From an uncultured bacterium (lineage in GTDB: Bacteria; CAYUVA01), in NCBI GenBank assembly GCA_964448115.1, contig CAYUVA010000003.1:124001-153182 (forward strand): a stretch of 29,182 nucleotides of DNA. The letters are read 5' to 3'. Below are positions 28,867 to 29,182 of the stretch, piece by piece (position 1 is the stretch's first letter; every line of letters begins with the position of its first letter). Made by a program: the position numbers and the translations under genes. The notes under the pieces are model-generated. The model searched no databases. It was not told the DNA's origin and was given only the letters and a program-made list of their open reading frames with translations.

Positions 28867-29182
28867 CTACCGGCTCGGTTTTACCTCAATTCCCATGCTT
28901 TTTGCGGTTCCTTTGATAGTATTTATCGCTGCCTGAAGGTCGTGGCAATTCAAGTCCGGCATCTTGGTCTTAGCGATCTCCTCGATCTGTTTTTCGGTAA
29001 CCACTCCCGCCTTGGCGAACTTAGGTTCTGAGGAAGCCTTGGCGATGCCGGCAGCTCTTTTCAATAGCACAGGCACCGGGGGAGTCTTGGTTATAAACTT
29101 GAAGGATTTATCGGAATAGATAGTTATCTCCACCGGGATTATCAAGCCCTCTTTTGCCTGCTCTTGGGTTTTAGCATTAAAA
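28867..29182 (-). CDS. rplK: 50S ribosomal protein uL11 (5' end outside the window)
   Basis: The frame is open to the window edge: [35 protein letters not shown]...[10 protein letters not shown]...GTAKSMGI. The ORF-track start at 29145 is internal. Confidence 0.98.
   Translation of the reverse strand, partial: FNAKTQEQAKEGLIIPVEITIYSDKSFKFITKTPPVPVLLKRAAGIAKASSEPKFAKAGVVTEKQIEEIAKTKMPDLNCHDLQAAINTIKGTAKSMGIEVKPSR

Noticed and set aside
263..28916. Numerous plus-strand ORFs of 60-201 aa (e.g. 21745-22350, 5309-5746, 28140-28553)
   Set aside because: All are antisense shadows of conserved minus-strand genes and show no recognisable motifs. They are expected from the codon structure of the real genes.
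1..29182. A novel accessory, defence or mobile system, CRISPR array, or RNA gene
   Set aside because: Essentially every base is accounted for by core genes or short spacers. There is no unassigned ORF space, repeat array or tRNA-like sequence.

Overview
The whole window is one dense, co-oriented (minus-strand) bacterial housekeeping cluster of 40 genes, running from the end of the window to its start: rplK(partial)-rplA-rplJ-rplL-rpoB-rpoC-rpsL-rpsG-fusA-[no tuf]-S10 cluster (rpsJ to rpsQ)-spc cluster (rplN to rplO)-secY-adk-map-infA-rpmJ-rpsM-rpsK-rpsD-rpoA-rplQ(partial). It holds 32 ribosomal protein genes, three RNA polymerase subunits, EF-G, IF-1, SecY, Adk and MetAP. All three stop codons are used as stops (standard code). 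No intergenic gap exceeds 97 nt. I see no tRNA, rRNA, mobile element, CRISPR array, repeat or accessory gene, and I cannot support a novel stand-alone biological system here. The points of interest are lineage-specific variants inside core proteins: a 61-aa, 8-cysteine insertion in RpoB, an extra SBHM-like module with a Lys/Arg/Pro loop in the RpoC trigger-loop insertion, no tuf beside a divergent EF-G, altered uL4/uL22 exit-tunnel loops and a three-segment L10 stalk helix. The RpoA N-terminus and RpoB insertion pattern suggest (inference only) an Acidobacteriota-related or neighbouring candidate lineage. Reference comparisons are from memory, not from alignments.
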